Shown piece by piece: positions 26,819-39,100 of a stretch of 64,000 bases of DNA (position 1 is the first letter of the stretch; each line of letters begins with the position of its first letter). The notes below the pieces were generated by a model. That model searched no databases, was not told where the DNA came from, and worked only from the letters and a program-made list of their open reading frames with translations. The DNA is from Vicugna vicugna. Its lineage: Eukaryota. A program made the position numbers and the translations under genes. The DNA is taken from assembly GCA_013265495.1 (NCBI GenBank), contig MU057521.1:2120335-2184334 (forward strand), given 5' to 3'.

Positions 26819-27360
26819 AGTTAGGTTTATGTGTAGGAAACCATGCGAGCCTATGCAGATTAATTTGCCAGAGTTGTTGTTTCTAATAGATGATCAATAT
26901 ATTCTCTTGGAGTTTCTAGGTAAACAGTGAAAACAGCTGCCAACAGTGATATCTTTCCCTCTTTCCCTCACAGTGTTGAAAGTGTCAAGAGTAGTCATCC
27001 TTTTATTTTTCCTAACTTTGAAGGAAATGCTAGTAGTACTTCATAAATAATCATTTTAAATGGTATTGTATAAGTTTTCTATTTCTGTGTAACACATTAC
27101 CACAAACTCAGCAGCTTAAAGCAACACATTTTCATTGTCTCACGGTTTCTATAGTTGGGAAGTCCGGGCATGTCCTAGTTGGGTTTTCTGCTCCAGGCCT
27201 CACAAGGCTGAAATTAAGTTGCAGGCTGGACTGTGTTCTCATCTGAAAGTTCCGTTAGGGAAGGGATACTACATTCAAGCTCCCTGAAGTTGTTGGCAGA
27301 ATTCCTTGTGTCGTGGAGTTCATGATAGTTCACTTCATCAAAACCAGGAATACACATGTA

Positions 27361-27363
<3 letters not shown>

Positions 27364-27401
<38 letters not shown>
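27364..27401. repeat. (CA)n microsatellite inside the MLT1 LTR
   Basis: Perfect CA run. Confidence 0.95.
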
Positions 27402-27404
<3 letters not shown>

Positions 27405-27493
27405 GAGTCTCTGCTGTTTCGAGTTTCTGACTTCAGGAAAAGTCTTAGACCCTCTTTTAAAGGGCTTCCCTGCTCAGGTCAGAACTGGAACTG

Positions 27494-27640
27494 NNNNNNN
27501 NNNNNNNNNNNNNNNNNNNNNNNNNNNNNNNNNNNNNNNNNNNNNNNNNNNNNNNNNNNNNNNNNNNNNNNNNNNNNNNNNNNNNNNNNNNNNNNNNNNN
27601 NNNNNNNNNNNNNNNNNNNNNNNNNNNNNNNNNNNNNNNN
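27494..27640. other. Assembly gap (147 N)
   Basis: Run of N bases. Confidence 1.
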
Positions 27641-28145
27641 GAACAAGGGATCTTCCACCAGGGAAATCCAATCCTCAGAAGGCGCCAGAATGGATGGCGG
27701 GGTGGGGGGGGGGGGACGACGACCAGGTGGGGAGAGTCTTTAAATACAGGTGGGGGCAGGCGAGGGGAAACGCGACGGTGCTCTAGCGCACCATGTATTC
27801 CTTGCGCTGATTGAGCCGAAGCTGGCAGAAAAAGAAGCCTCCGAGAAGGAAGTAAATGCCCGCGGCGATGAAACAGTTGTAACCGACTTGCTCGTAACGG
27901 TTGTGTATGTTCTGGGGGCCATTCTCAAAATCTTTCTCCGTGAAGGGAACATCCTCAAAAAGCACAGCGGAGTGGATATTGAAAAAGATTCCGAGCATTA
28001 TCAACATGATCACTCCCCAGGCGCTGAGGACGATGCCGCAGGCGGCCAGCTTGGGCCCACAGCACAGAAGCGACGCCATGAAGAAGGGAGTCGGGGATCG
28101 CCTTGCTGTAGGCCGGGTAGGTAGGCGGTGAGTGGAAGCCCCCCC
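27641..28145 (-). pseudogene. RNASEK: Processed RNASEK retrocopy (5' UTR, intact ORF, part of 3' UTR); retrogene status unresolved
   Basis: Intronless copy of a multi-exon gene with GC-rich UTR-like flanks, embedded in an LTR. The 3' end and poly(A) are hidden in the N gap. Confidence 0.9.
27783..28079 (-). CDS. RNASEK: RNASEK-like ORF, 98 aa (ribonuclease kappa / V-ATPase subunit f homologue); expression unknown
   Basis: [98 protein letters not shown]. No stops or frameshifts, two hydrophobic segments. Confidence 0.6.
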   Translation of the reverse strand: MASLLCCGPKLAACGIVLSAWGVIMLIMLGIFFNIHSAVLFEDVPFTEKDFENGPQNIHNRYEQVGYNCFIAAGIYFLLGGFFFCQLRLNQRKEYMVR

Positions 28146-28544
28146 GGTAATCTTCCTTTTGATTAAGTTCAAATCAACTTATTAGGACTTTCATTACGTG
28201 TGCAAATCTCTCACCTTTGCCATATTCTGTTGGTTTGAAGGTAAGTCACGGGTTCTGTCTATACTTAAGGGAAGGGAATTATACAAGGATCTGACTCATT
28301 GAGGGTCCCTTAGGGTATGTCCAGCGCAGTAATATTTCACAAGACATCTCTACGAAGGAGAAAGGAAAAAATAATATTCTGTTTTAACATAAGAGAAATA
28401 TGGAGGATTTCATATTGCAAGTACTATATACAATTTTTATTGGTTCTCTATCTGTCTAATTTATGTTTTACAGGATTCTGGTAAGGATTACATTTATTAA
28501 GATAACAAAAAATAAATACTTAGAAAAATGGAGTGACTGCCAGA

Positions 28545-28892
28545 GAGAGACATACTGTATTTTATCGCTTATGTATAGAATCTGAAAAATAAAATAAAAT
28601 GAATGAATATAACAAAACAGAAACACTCGCAGATACAGAGAGCAAAGTAGCGGTTATTAGTGGGAGAGGGAGGAGGGAGGGCCAAGATAGGGGAAAGGAA
28701 TTAAGAGATACTAACTACTGTATATAAGACAACAAACTAGAAGGGTATATTGTACAGCACAGGGAAAGTAGCCAATATTTTATAATAACTTCAAATGGAG
28801 TATAATCTATAAAATTTTCGAATCACTATGTTGTACGTCTGAAACTGATATAATACTGTAAATCAACTATACCTCAATAAAAAAAGAAAAAA
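28545..28892 (+). mobile_element. L1 3' end fragment
   Basis: CATACTGTATTTTATCGCTTATGTATAGAATCT...GTAAATCAACTATACCTCAATAAAAAAAG. Confidence 0.8.
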
Positions 28893-30462
28893 ATAGCATG
28901 ACTAAAGACAGATACTTATAAAGAAAGGCTTCATGAAATATTGCTGCCTTGGAAAATCGTATGCGCCGAAAGCATTTGGTTTATAAAGAGGAACCACTTC
29001 TCTGCACCTTAGAAATATGCTAACCAGTACATGTTCTAGCAGCAAAACTGATTGAGACATACAAGCTCTCACTGTCCGCTGAGTGCTTCCCCAGAATGAC
29101 TCACTCCTGTCTTTTGAGCAGGCGAAAGCTCCCCAGGTTGCTGCCACCAAATCAGCACAGAGGTCTGGAGTGAGATTGTTGGGGTGGAATCATTTTTAGT
29201 TCAAAAATTAACCTGCATTTACTTCTCATGGACCAGTTTCAGGAGCAGGATTTGGGAGAGTAACACCTAGCACAGGATAGCACGCTCTCCCAAAGAACAA
29301 CAATACCATCATCAAGCTAATGACTGTCTACATTAGCAAAGGAATTTTGCGTTTTGTTATCTAAGCCAAATTTTCCCCAAGAATTATAGTCTAATTTAAT
29401 TGTTCATTGTCCCATTTGATTGCTAAATTAAGTCAACTCTACAACAAGATTAGGCAGAAATAAAATAAATACACTATAACAGTAGCAATTATGTGTTTTA
29501 CAGGAGAAGGCTCAAATGTGATGTCTGTTTAGTGTGTTTTTTTTTTCTTCTGAAAGTAGTGTAATGGTCTCTTCACTCTCTTAGAAGCTCATTATTATCA
29601 ACTTAAAGCAAATCTGTTGAGACTTTAAGCTTTCTTTCCATTTTCCTTTTCTTCCTTTCCAAGTGCATAGACATATCTGCACACATTTTCAAAGGGGTAT
29701 CATTCTATCAGAAAAATAAAAGTTGGTTGGGGTTTTGTGTAGAAGTGTCATTTAATTATGAGCTAAACATCTAGTAAACAGCACTATGGTAAATTTCTGA
29801 GTAACTGGTGAAGCTAATACTCTGGGTGGAGAGGGGTATGGGGCAGGACTAGGGACCCCTGAATGAAAGGCCAACCTGACCGCTTAAGATTGAAAATCAG
29901 CTGGCAAAAATTGAAAATTTCTGCTTTGTGATTTATCAGTATTTAAAAGCAGATTCGAAAAGAATACATATCAATGGTGGGATGAAAAAACCAAGAATTG
30001 CCAAACCTAAAAAATGTTTTATTGGAAGCTACTGTTTCAGTGCAACTTGAGGTCAGTATTTTAACTAGATAAGCCATTTAATCCTCCTATTTCTACTCTG
30101 TAACTGTGTTAGTCTTTGGAATCAAAGCATGTGGGATGGAATTCCTATTTATATGTGTGAATAGGTGTAAACTCTGGGACTTTAAGAAGAGACGATAGAA
30201 TTGGTGACACACCTATGCTTGGACCAATGATACTTTTCAATCACTCAACCAACTGGTACTGAGCTCCTATTAGGTTTGCAGACCTGGGTCTGGTGTTTTA
30301 ATGAATCCAAATGAGAAGTCAAACATGGCCCTTTCTCCCCAAAACTTCTAATATAACTGGGAAACAGAGCAGTTACAAACAGAAAGAAGTCTTCATGGGG
30401 CAAAATGAATAATAATACAATGTGCACCTTATGAGTTAAAAACAACTGGTGAGAATGCAAAA

Positions 30463-30582
30463 GAATATGAAAACAAATACATGTATATATGTGTAGCGGG
30501 AACATTATGCTGTACACCAGAAATTGATACGTTGTCACTGACTGTGCTTCAATAAAAAACAAACACAAACAAACAAAAAACA
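30463..30582 (+). mobile_element. Short young L1 3' end
   Basis: Matches the 6352-6500 element, with an A/C-rich tail. Confidence 0.75.
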
Positions 30583-32079
30583 AGTGAGAAATGTTGACTG
30601 CATTGATCACAGAAAAGGCTGGGTCTGAATTGTGCCTAGAAAAGGACCTTTAGATGCAATGAAGGAATTTACATTTGTTCATATAAAGACATTCTGTGCT
30701 ACTGCAGAGAGTTGTCCTTTCATATTATTCAAATTATAATTACAGAATGAAACTCTTGATAGCTCAAGTGTTTATTCATAATCTTGGCCAAATTCCACCT
30801 TGAAAGAGAAAGGATAGGTTAAAAACCACAGCCAATTCAATTATTTAATTTCATTGTATTAAAGCTCAAGGTTGCCAAATGGTCTCATTACCAAATTATA
30901 TCCTAAGGTCATGCTAGGAAAATACGCTGTTCAGTGCCAGATAAACTGCTCCCAAGGGAAACTCCTGGCCAGTGGTGTTTTTGAGGTTGCAAAAATGGCT
31001 GTTTTTCATTGGAAAATTCCATCCTCCACCCCCGATACTCTTGGAGGGTTCTTTGGCTCATCCAATCTGGTGCAACAAAGCTTTGGGCCAAACAGTTATC
31101 ATGTAAAAGACACTCAGTAACACATGAATGAGAACTAGAAGCAATTGTAAAAGCAATTTTGTAATAGATTTTACAATGGAACAACTTAGGTCTATAAAAA
31201 TCATAGAAGAAAGCAGCAAATTGTAGTGCTAATGACAAATGCCTTCCATATATTGTTACCAAGTATTTACAGGTTGTTAAAACAATATAGTAAGAAAGTC
31301 AAGTGAAGGGAAAATATAAATAAAAATGTGAAAAGACTGAAATGTTCAGCTTTCATTCTTCGTGTTTTAGGATCTGTTTTTAAAGTGGTGGGACTTTGTA
31401 GAAGCAAAAAGTTCAGGTTCCCTCTTAAAAGAGAAAGTGTATACCCCTATCAAGGCAAGGAATACCCCCTAAAGAAAGTGGTTTTCTGTGCCAGTGAGAA
31501 ATTCCAGAAAAGGGATATTATATGAGTCCCTAAGGGGTGGATTCAGGTCGGGGGAAATATATACCTTGGAGAGAGGTGGATACATTAACTTATTTAAGAG
31601 TTGGCTCTCTTCAAAGACCCCAGAGTGTAAAGAGTCATGTAATTGATCCAAGTGGACAATATGTCAATCAACAAATCTAAATTGAGTTGACTATTATGTG
31701 GAAGGCATTGAGCCCTCCAAGCTCCTTCTAAATTTTCCGAGTGAAAAAGGGCAGCATTGTGCATTGATTGTCTAAGTAGTGGGTATTACAACACAAATAT
31801 GTTCGAGATGTGCTGACGGTGATGTTGTAACTACTGTGCGGTCTCTGCACACTGTGGTGCGGTAGAAAGAGCTCTCTCTCGGCTGGAAGTCCTGACATCC
31901 TAGGTTCTAATCCTCACTCTCCCACTCAGCAGCTTCATGGCCTTTCTTAGTTAAGAGAGGAGTTGGAATGAAACTCTGTGTCATTTGATCGGAAGACTCC
32001 AGGTCTATACTCAGCTATGCCACTCCCTTTCTTTTTGACCTTAGGGAAGTCATTATTAGCTTCTGTCATTTTTAGTCTG

Positions 32080-32083
<4 letters not shown>

Positions 32084-32127
<44 letters not shown>
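32084..32127. repeat. (TG)n microsatellite
   Basis: Perfect TG run of about 22 units. Confidence 0.95.
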
Positions 32128-32130
<3 letters not shown>

Positions 32131-34064
32131 AAGATGAGCTAGATCATCTCTAAAGTCTCGTGTGGCTTTAAAGCAGTCTCTCAAGGCGTGGCATAATTGT
32201 ATTACATGAAATGACTAGGGATGCTGAGACGTGCATCTTTGCTTTTAAGCCCGATTTTTGAGGCACTGTGGTATAACATTAAGTATTAGAGTTCTTGAAA
32301 TGAGACCCAAGGACAGACACTTAACTGCTCTGAAACCTAGTTTTCTTATCTTTGAAACTGGCCTAATAATTCCTACTTTACAAGATTTCTGCAAAAAAAA
32401 AAAAATACAGATAATGAATTACAATGTCTGGCCCATTGTGGGCATTCAATACCTGGTCGTGCTTTTTATTTTTTACCTCCATGAGCCACCTGTTGCCAAA
32501 GTGTAGCATTATTCCTATGGGAAAATAAAATAGACTTCATAATGATCTACAGTTTCTAGGGCAGCGTTGTGGCAGACAGAGCGTAATGCTATCTTTTGTA
32601 ATGGAGATGGTGATCAGGTATGAAATTTTAGGAAAACTTACTAATGGGCTCCAGGAGGAGTCCATTACTTTACAGAGGTATAGGGTGTTACCTCTGCAAT
32701 GCCTTTTTCTCAGATCTTACAGTTAATTCTGACACTTAATGCCCATGGTTTCCACAGGTAGGTAGGCTCACTCTGGCAGGGCCCTAGTTACTTGAAGGGC
32801 TACGATGTGGATTGGATGAACTGCCTTGGTCTGGCATTTCTATTCATCATTCTTTTCAAGATCCTCTTTTTTCGCCCTCATATGTTGCATGCCCACTTCT
32901 CTGTGCTGCTACACTTTTGCCACATGTGGATACTGTTGGATGCTTCCTCTTTCTTGTACAGAACAGCACACAGGTTTCTGCCAGTCTCGCCACTTCCCCT
33001 GTCTGTAACAATAGTGATCATTGTAAGGTGCAAAGTTAGAAACCCTTTGCATTTTACACAGTAACGCTTGATTCCGGTATCAATTTTGAATTAATTAATT
33101 TATCCCATTTTTGAGCATCTGTTGTTCTCTGTTCTGGGACCTGGGCTTCTTGTTTGTTCTCACAAGTGAGCATGGTTTATAGTCCAGCTTTGATGGTTTC
33201 ACTGGGAACTCCCTGTAGGAGGCATGATCCCAATTCTCAAAAAGCTTATAGTGCATCCCTGTATGGAGAGATCGGGGGTAGATAGTCCCGAGAGACAAGT
33301 GTGAGCTGCGTGTTACAGGCAGCAGTTGCTGCTGGAAAAAGAGATTGCTCTGGGCTGAGCCGGGCTTGGCCGGGCTGGCTACTGAGAGGCATGAAGTCGA
33401 GCTGGCTCTTTCCCAGTGGGAGAGGAGAGGCCCGGGTGGGTGTGGGGGTGGGATGGTGCCCACCATGTGGTTTGTGCAGATTGTTTTCCAGAGCAGTTTC
33501 ACAGAAGATTCTCATTACCCAAGCAGTTCATACGCTCATCTCTGCTGGGGACATTCTTTTTAGCCTAATGCAGGGAAGGAGAGTCATGGGAAGGGTGCCC
33601 TGTACTGGATGCATGAACTTACCTGGATAATGTGTCCTTGGTTAAGTCAATTTCCTCAACAGTTATGCCCAGTATCAAGAGTTGATGTGGCAGTTAAGAT
33701 GGAACACACGTTACTGGGAGAGATCAGCCGATTGATAAATGCGAGGTACCACTTGTCCCTCTGCTCCGCATAAATACACAGAGATGATACGTGGGGTGCA
33801 TTCATATTTATCACCATAGTGTATTTACTTTATGTGAGGATTTATCCACAAATACACAGATTTATGTGAATAAATCCAAATGTGGTAAATCTGTAGATTT
33901 CCTAGCTCTTTGTTATTTCCGGAATATTTCTGTGAGGGATTGAGAGGTGTTAAAAAATAATTTAAAAGAACACCTGTCAAATGTCTAAGCACAAAGAGCG
34001 GAAGATTGTGTCGGGGGTTTCTGGTGGTTCAGCTCCCAGACCACCCTTTCTTGTTATGGGGCCC

Positions 34065-34640
34065 CCAGGGGCCTGGTGCTGCTGTGACAAAGCAGCAACC
34101 AAGGAGGCTGGAAGTCCCATGTCAAAGTGTTGGTCACGCTGCCTCTGGAAGCCCCGAGGGAGTGTCCTTTCTTGCCTCTGCTGGTTTCTGGTGGTGTCTG
34201 CAATCCTTGGTTGGTGGACCCATCATTCCAGTCTCTGCTTCTGTGTCACACTGTGTTCTCTTCCCGTCTGAACCTCTGCGCCCCAAATTTCCTTTTCTGA
34301 TAAAGACACCAGCCATCTTGGACTTAGGGATGTCTTGGATATCCAGTATGACTTCATCTTAATTTTTTTAATTGAGATGCAGTAGGCACATAACATTATA
34401 TTTGTTTCCAGGATACAACATAATGATTTGATATTTGTGTATATTGTGAAATGATCTCCACAGTAAGTATGGTTAACATCCGTCACCACACATAGTTACA
34501 ACTTTTTTTTTTCTTGTGTACCTCATCTTCATTTGAGGACATTTGTAAAGACCCTGTTTCCTAGCCAAGTCACTTTCATGGATACTGGAGGCGAGGACTT
34601 GAACATGTCTGTTTTGGAAGGGCACACACAGCCCACAACA
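34065..34640 (-). mobile_element. MaLR MLT1 LTR interrupted by an L1 3' fragment (about 34366-34519)
   Basis: GGAGGCTGGAAGTCC...CTGATAAAGACACCAGCCAT...GTCACTTTCATGGATACTGGAGG...GCCCACAACA. The L1 insert is flanked by ACTTCATCTTAATTT and ACCTCATCTTCATTT. Confidence 0.75.
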
Positions 34641-35791
34641 CCCAGATTGCCCAAGCGGAAGAGGGAGGCAGGGCCCTGCTCCTGGGTGGAGGCTGGGGTA
34701 GGGGGTGAGGAGACAGTATGTGGATAAAGCATGGACTTGCAACCTCAGCGTGGGTGTTCCTGCTTGAGCTTTTGAATCCTAAGCGGATGGTCCACAGCAG
34801 CAAGGTCAGACTCCATAACCAACAGTGGGATGAGTGGCCCTGGGTGTGGCCATGGCCCTAAGTGGGCGAGTGGGGAGGTTTCTGGCGCTCTTTGGTTCCT
34901 GCTCAATTCCTGAACTGGATTTTCTGGCCTTCCCTTCAGTTCTGTCATCGTTCTAATATCCTTTCACCTAATTTCCTCTCCTTTGTTTAAATTAGACAAA
35001 GTCAGTTTTTCTTGTTTGCAAGCAGGAACTCAGTTATGGCGATATCAAATTAAAGTAACGTATTATCCAAACATTACCAGAAGGTTCCCAGGGGCAGCAG
35101 AACCCGAGGACAATTAACTTCAGAAGAGTAACTGCCATTAAGAACATTAGTTACGATGGGACTTTAAATATTGACTACCAAATCACTCTTTTGTTACAAA
35201 TATTTTATACAAATGACCAAGCATATATCTGCTTTATAAAGTAAGTAGTTAACATCAGGAAATTTCAAAATTTTACTCTTAGGTATCTAGAGGTCTGAAA
35301 GGGGAATTCAAATTGTTTTTAGAACTGTAATTCAAAGAGTTTTAGGAGAAAAATAAGAGGAATGCAAATATTATTACTCCTTTTAATTATGTTTTGGCTG
35401 TTGAAGCAGTTCCCCAATGGCAGGTTCATGTGCAAATTTTAAAGAAATTCTTCCACTCAGTATGAATATATTAATTTTCTTATTTCAACCAATCTATCTG
35501 TTAACCAATTAACAATGTGTTAAAATAACTGATACTCCTAGTTTTTCGGTCCTAAGTGTGGTAAGAGGTCCCTCTACTGGCTACTCACTGAAACTACAGC
35601 TCTCTACCCAGGCCACTGTTAAGGGATTCGAAAGCAAGCAGTTTGCCTTTTGTTGTAACTCCCTTGAAAACTGTCAGAAACAGTAGCCTCAGGGCAGGAA
35701 AAAGAAAAGGCATAGATTAGGAAACCAGCTGTGAAGCAAATTTAGGCCTACAGCTCTCTGGGTTAAAATGAAAAATGCATCTCTATAGAAT

Positions 35792-36108
35792 AATGCTGTT
35801 CAGTAGAAAAATAATGCAAGCTGGTTGCGAGGATGAGCCACATATTAATTTTACATTTCCTAGTGGCCACATTAAATAAAAAAGTAAAGTGGAACAAGTA
35901 AAATTCATTTTAATTATGTATTTTTATTTAGCCCAGTAGATCTAAAATATTATCACTTCAGCATGTAATCCGTATAAAAATTGAGATATCTTACGTTAAG
36001 TCTTCGAGATCTGGCTGTGCTGTCACTTGTAGCACATCCCACTTCAGACTAACCACATTTCAGGAGCTCAGTAGCCCCGTGGGGCTAGTGGTTGTTAACT
36101 AGACAGCA
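35792..36108. mobile_element. MER33-like hAT-Charlie element
   Basis: GCTGTTCAGTAGAAAAATAATGCAAGC...CTAGTGGCCACATTAAA...CTCAGTAGCCCCGTGGGGCTAGTGG...GACAGC. Confidence 0.75.
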
Positions 36109-39100
36109 TGGGACCAGAGGAGCTCCAACAGTGGACAGGAGCATGAGAGATACATGATACTTGCCGTTTCATAATTTACAAATCATATCTCAGGGTGGCA
36201 TCTCAGAATTTGTCCAAAACCTGGTTAGGAAAGGACCAATTGAAAAATTAACCCACAAGAGCCTAGAGGTTCATGTTTTCTTTGCATCTCTGTTGGTGGT
36301 GCTTTGTTCAAGGGCTCCAAATAGTGGTTTGACATCATGTTCCCACAGCTTTCAAACATGCAGAACTTCAGGGCCTGTGGAGGTGGTAGCAGGGGATCTG
36401 CGCACAAGCTGGCTCTGGGTATCAAGCTCCTGTTGGACAGTCGCTAATAGCTTTTCGGCTTCCCATCTGGCGCATGTCTGTGGGCTCTTGGGATGGCCGC
36501 AGTCCTCAGCAGTAGAACTCCACCCACCGCCCGCAGGGGTAGCCTTGAGACTGCCGGCCACACTGTTGGCTGGCTTTCCTTCCCCCTTCGTGTGGGGTCT
36601 GAGGCTGGGTGGGCTAGTTAAACGTAAGATGCTTACATAGAATTAAACTAATGAGTGAATATATATAATTTAACTGATTAAAATAAATATATCGTTAAAC
36701 TAATTGAACTTACTATTGATTATGAAGGTCTTAGCCCTCAAGGGCTTTTAATTAGAAGGAGCCATGGGTTATGGTGGAAGGACATGGCTTTTCCAACAGA
36801 GTCCACTTCCTTCTTCCCCAAATTGGGAATTTAGCCTAGGTGTGACGGTTTTGTATCCCAGCTGCAAAAGGTCCCCAGAAGAGGGGGACCATGGCTTTTT
36901 CAGATGCCCTCCTGTGCCTGCACAAACTTTTGGATGACAAGGAGAACCTCTCTGTGGAGCCTGCTATCTTCCTGGGCCTCCTCCAGGTTGTGAGGCTCAG
37001 GCCCTGCCTATTCCTCACTTTCTGAAACTTCAAAGGAGGCCTTATCTCCCCTGCCTCGAAATGACTTGCCAAGGGATAGGCAGCTTGTGTGGCTCCCACA
37101 CTGAACGTTACCTTCTCGCTTCCTTTTCCAAACCCTCCTCTTCCCTCGTCCCAAATGAGCGGGTCTTTTATTTCACTGGAGTGGGGAACGAGGTCAGTTC
37201 TATTGTTTCTCTTTTCACATCTTTTCTGTCTTACTCCTTTTGACATCTTTGTTTTCTAATTCTGGCCACCCTGGGGCTGGTGGGAGGGCCTGAGAGTGTA
37301 GATGAAGGATGGATAAACAGGATGGGACCACATGCAGTCACATATCACAGAGCTCCCTCTTTGTTCACCAGAGAACAGGGATTCTGAAGTGACCCTGTGC
37401 AGTAGGCAGTGGATGAGGTGATATGGGTGTGGGGGAGCACTACAGCTGTCAGGACAGAGAAGCGAGCCTGGGAAGGGAGAGGGGCAGAGGGGCAGAGGTT
37501 CACACTATCGGTGATGGCAGGTACTGGACCCGAGGGGAATTCAGTCGAGAGAAGTGGCATGGTAGTCGAGGTGGAGGAATTCAGAGTAGACAGACAGACC
37601 TGCGTCCCATGAGCCATTCGTACTACGGTTCTAAAAGTTTCTTTCTTTCTTTTTTTCATGTGTTAAATTTAAAAAGTGTTGTGGTTGGGAACAGATTGCT
37701 TATTTTATTTCTTGGGCATTAAAACTTACTTTCTTTTAACCCTGAGTAAATGCCTAGATGTTTGAAAATGCAATAAATTAAAAGCATGTGGTAGCTTAGA
37801 GAAATATTACCACACAGCCACACACACACACATAGTGTCTGAGTGGGTCAAGTTGAGTGAATGTCTCTTTAAAGTGTGCTGTCTGAATGAGGCAGCGATG
37901 ATGTCACTCATTCATTGGCAGTAAAGTCATGGGGACCATCGTTGAGGCTGACAGGAAGTTAGAAAAATGAGTCCCCAGGGAAACACGTACTCCACTTCTA
38001 GTTCCTTGAGATGTAAATATGTCTCTGGAAGTGAATACAGATATGTGTTATTTCTTATCACCCCATAAAAATTTATCCCTAAGGCAGAGTAAACATCTTG
38101 ATGGATCTGTATGCCCGGCAGTCCTTCCTCAAAGGTACAGCTCAGGAGCCTCTTTCCTGGGGTGGCTGGGGACATGAAATGTGATTCATTTTTAATTGGA
38201 CCCCTCACATTCCTTCCCAGCCCTTCTTCAAAGTGTGAGTTCCTTGTGTTGAGCCAAGATTAAAAAAAGACAGGGCTTGCCCCACGCCCTGGTGAAACGT
38301 TCTTTTTGAATGTGTGACAGAAATACATTCATTCCTAGAAACTGGAATCTGGCCATTCTCTTGTAGGGGCTTGTCAGGGTAATCCTTTCCTGGAACAAAC
38401 CCCACTGGGAACTGTGCCCGGTCCCTGGGCAGACAACCTGCCCAATCACATTCACATCCCAAAGCCAAATATCTTCTCTTACGAGCAAATGAGTGAGTTC
38501 TCTTAGATGTTTTATGGGAGCAGCAGAGGGGGTGGATTTGACCGAGGTTAGAAGAAGGAAGACTTGGAGAAAGAGAGGAGCAGATCCTCACTGGTTTAGA
38601 ATTATTCAGAAAAAGTTGAGTTTGAGTAGGAAAAATTCTGAACAATGGAATACTTGGAATATAATTTAACCTTTTAAAACATATATAAAAACTAAAATAT
38701 ATATGGTTATGAGTCGACTAAATGAAAGGATGAACTTGTTTTAGTCCTACATTGTATGTTAATATAAGTATAAAAAATTATTTAAAACTTTAAAGCAAAT
38801 ACAAATCATAGCACCATATATACATGAAAATAAGTTTCAGATTACTGAAGTCAAAAATCAATGGAGCTGTTTGGCTTTTTACTAATATTAAAGTAATTAT
38901 GGCTTAATAATTAAAATGAGAACTCCTCTGAGGTCTTTGAAGAGACATTTGAGGGGGGACTCCCCTTTCCAGTGGAACAATTTGAACTCAAAGTTCTGTA
39001 AGGATATACCGTATTGGTAACAGACTCAGATACCAGGAGTGCTGATTCATTTGAGCTTGGTTGGTACATTCTGTTTTGGAAAATTATTTATTATTTATTC

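Larger units (their letters stand above)
27067..28328 (-). mobile_element. MaLR MLT1 (E/F-type) LTR split by the RNASEK retrocopy
   Basis: One end is TGTATAAGTTTTCTATTTCTGTGTAACACATTACCACAAACTCAGCAGCTTAAAGCAAC. LTR sequence stops near 27481 and resumes at about 28147 (TAATCTTCCTTTTGATTAAGTTCAAATCAACT), running to about 28328. Confidence 0.75.

Noticed and set aside
27306..27786. ORFs spanning the CA repeat and N gap
   Set aside because: Artefacts of the microsatellite and ambiguous bases.
27750..28131. Plus-strand ORFs of 124 and 76 aa over the retrocopy
   Set aside because: Antisense shadows of the GC-rich RNASEK sequence.
28080..28172. 31-residue N-terminal extension of the RNASEK ORF in the ORF track
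   Set aside because: It begins at a TTG inside LTR sequence. The real ATG is at 28079.
36161..38645. Several 100-160 aa intergenic ORFs
   Set aside because: Mostly non-ATG starts, no recognisable homology or exon structure, and lengths within chance expectation.
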